DNA of 54,767 bases, the filler included, from Bipalium vagum (Eukaryota): NCBI GenBank assembly GCA_037834085.1. It is 3 parts of 3 records of this genome, joined end to end, with 100 filler letters (N's around TTAATTAATTAA, not from the genome) between each part and the next. Parts side by side here need not be neighbours in the genome. Positions count along the whole stretch, not along the records: positions 35,891 to 54,767 come from JBBMKC010016906.1; 2 more parts are not named here. The stretch is one strand, 5' to 3'. Shown piece after piece: positions 53,401 to 54,767 of this stretch. Under the pieces are notes generated by a model. It ran no database searches. It was not told the DNA's origin and saw nothing but the letters and a program-made list of their open reading frames with translations. Both the position numbers and the translations under genes were made by a program. The first letter of the stretch is position 1. Each line of letters starts with the position of its first letter.

Positions 53401-54305
53401 TATTATTCTTCATGACATTGAAAACTCAACAAAAATAAAATGCTCCAAAATCTCAGTCGTCAAAGAGGCAGATTTCTTTCTTGGTGGAATTCATTTTCCT
53501 CCTCAACGATTAAAGAAAGTAATTCCTAATCATGACCACTACTTTGAATAATGTACCTTTTACGATTTATATTTAAATAAAGACAAAAGGATTACATCCA
53601 ACTCATACACCTAATCATAGTCCATAATATAGCATAGTAAAAATACTTATTCCGAGAAAGAAATAACCCTATCTACAGAATCATTATTGAAAGTTTTCTT
53701 TGATAAACTCCGTCCTTTAATCTGAACCCATCTCTGGAGGAGGTATCCAAAAATAGTCTGTGTTTATTAAGAAAGTATTGTTGCCCCTATCCTATATTGA
53801 TAAGTTATGTGACATTTGTAAAAATCAAAAAATATTTTTAAATTTCTTTTTTTAATTTTCCTCAATGATATAATTAATTAGTATAAATCAGCAGTAACAG
53901 TTCTTTCTTTATCTAATTTCAGAACTGCCGTCTGGTAGATGAAGCTTTCGCAGATCAGACGAAAAGTGGTCATGAATCGAACGATCTCGTGAAATGGGAT
54001 CGGAGTTCATTAATGAACAATCAAACGTCTCTTCCCAAAAATCACAATTCGCTTGAATGGTTTTGTGGAAATTGTTTAGGGCGCAATCAAAAAGTAAATC
54101 ATTGTACTTATATGGAGATTAATTAGAGAATTTTCGGTTAAGAGAGATATCAATTTGAGGAAACAGTGCCACAGCCAAGAGGTTTCACTGAATACAAGAT
54201 CGTTATGCAGATTCAAAAACGATACGTTTGATGAAGATGGGGAAGGGATAAATAACAATGATACTAATGATTATATAATATCTCCTGCTGTAACTATTCA
54301 CTACG
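47423..54305 (+). CDS. Shal: Voltage-gated K+ channel Shal/Kv4 (KCND), partial; exons 47423-47585, 51859-52083, 53923-54093 and probably 54143-54305
   Basis: (G)[65 protein letters not shown]...[20 protein letters not shown] is diagnostic Kv4 pore-S6-C-terminus. All junctions are GT-AG and in frame. The T1-S5 exon(s) were not found. Confidence 0.95.
47830..49640 (-). mobile_element. Highly decayed retroelement (probably Penelope-like) pieces in a Shal intron
   Basis: Two coding-like patches (47830-48420 and 49000-49640) with only faint RT-like similarity. Confidence 0.3.
52270..53820 (-). mobile_element. Penelope-like RT remnant in a Shal intron
   Basis: Ordered degenerate motifs DRGNNT (DKG), [10 protein letters not shown] (KxHK..PLRP) and SFLDK (FLD). 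Confidence 0.5.
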
Positions 54306-54767
54306 GTAAGATTTCAATTGACAAGTGTACTACTGCCGTAGTAGTAGTAGTAGTATTAATGAAATTTCTGGTTGAAAGGAAATCAACAGATATACAAAAT
54401 AAATAAATAATTTTTATTGAAACTCAATTTCAGTTTTACAGGAATTATTGAAGCATTTTAAACACTTTAAATTGTAAATAAAAAATATTTTTAAAATAAA
54501 AATCTCATAAATTTAGCTTGAAAATTCTTTTTAAAATTATAAATAAATAAATAAATAAGCTAAAAAATAAAATAAAAAATGTAAAATTTATTAAACAAAT
54601 AATAAATTAATATCTTATCTTCATGAAATGATTAAATAAACCAATGTTCTTAAATATCATAGAATTTATTATTAATATTATTATTAAAATAATATTAAAA
54701 ATTAATATTAAATAAAAACATAATTAAAATATTATTAATATTAAAATTGTGATTTAATTCATTTTAG

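Overview
Very AT-rich, intron-containing animal genomic DNA. It appears to be three unrelated scaffolds (1-18200, 18301-35790, 35891-54767) joined by artificial 100-nt N44-TTAATTAATTAA-N44 linkers. Host genes: the last two exons of CTDNEP1/Dullard (+), a complete 4-exon stathmin-domain gene (+), 17 internal exons of a neurobeachin-like NBEAL1/2 BEACH gene (-), and 3' exons of a Shal/Kv4 potassium channel (+). Introns and intergenic DNA are full of decayed transposons: mariner, Tc1/IS630-like, DD37D-like, Gypsy, RLE-type LINE and Penelope. The main accessory feature is a decayed Polinton/Maverick (adintovirus-like) endogenous virus at about 4.6-10.3 kb. It carries a pX-like protein, an adenain protease, a fibre-like protein, a membrane protein and a major capsid protein, flanked by two oppositely oriented pPolB fragments that look like different lineages. 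Also found: two Penelope-associated minimal hammerhead ribozymes with a compensatory stem II change, and a GC-AG intron in the BEACH domain. All assignments come from manual translation and motif recall; no database search was run.
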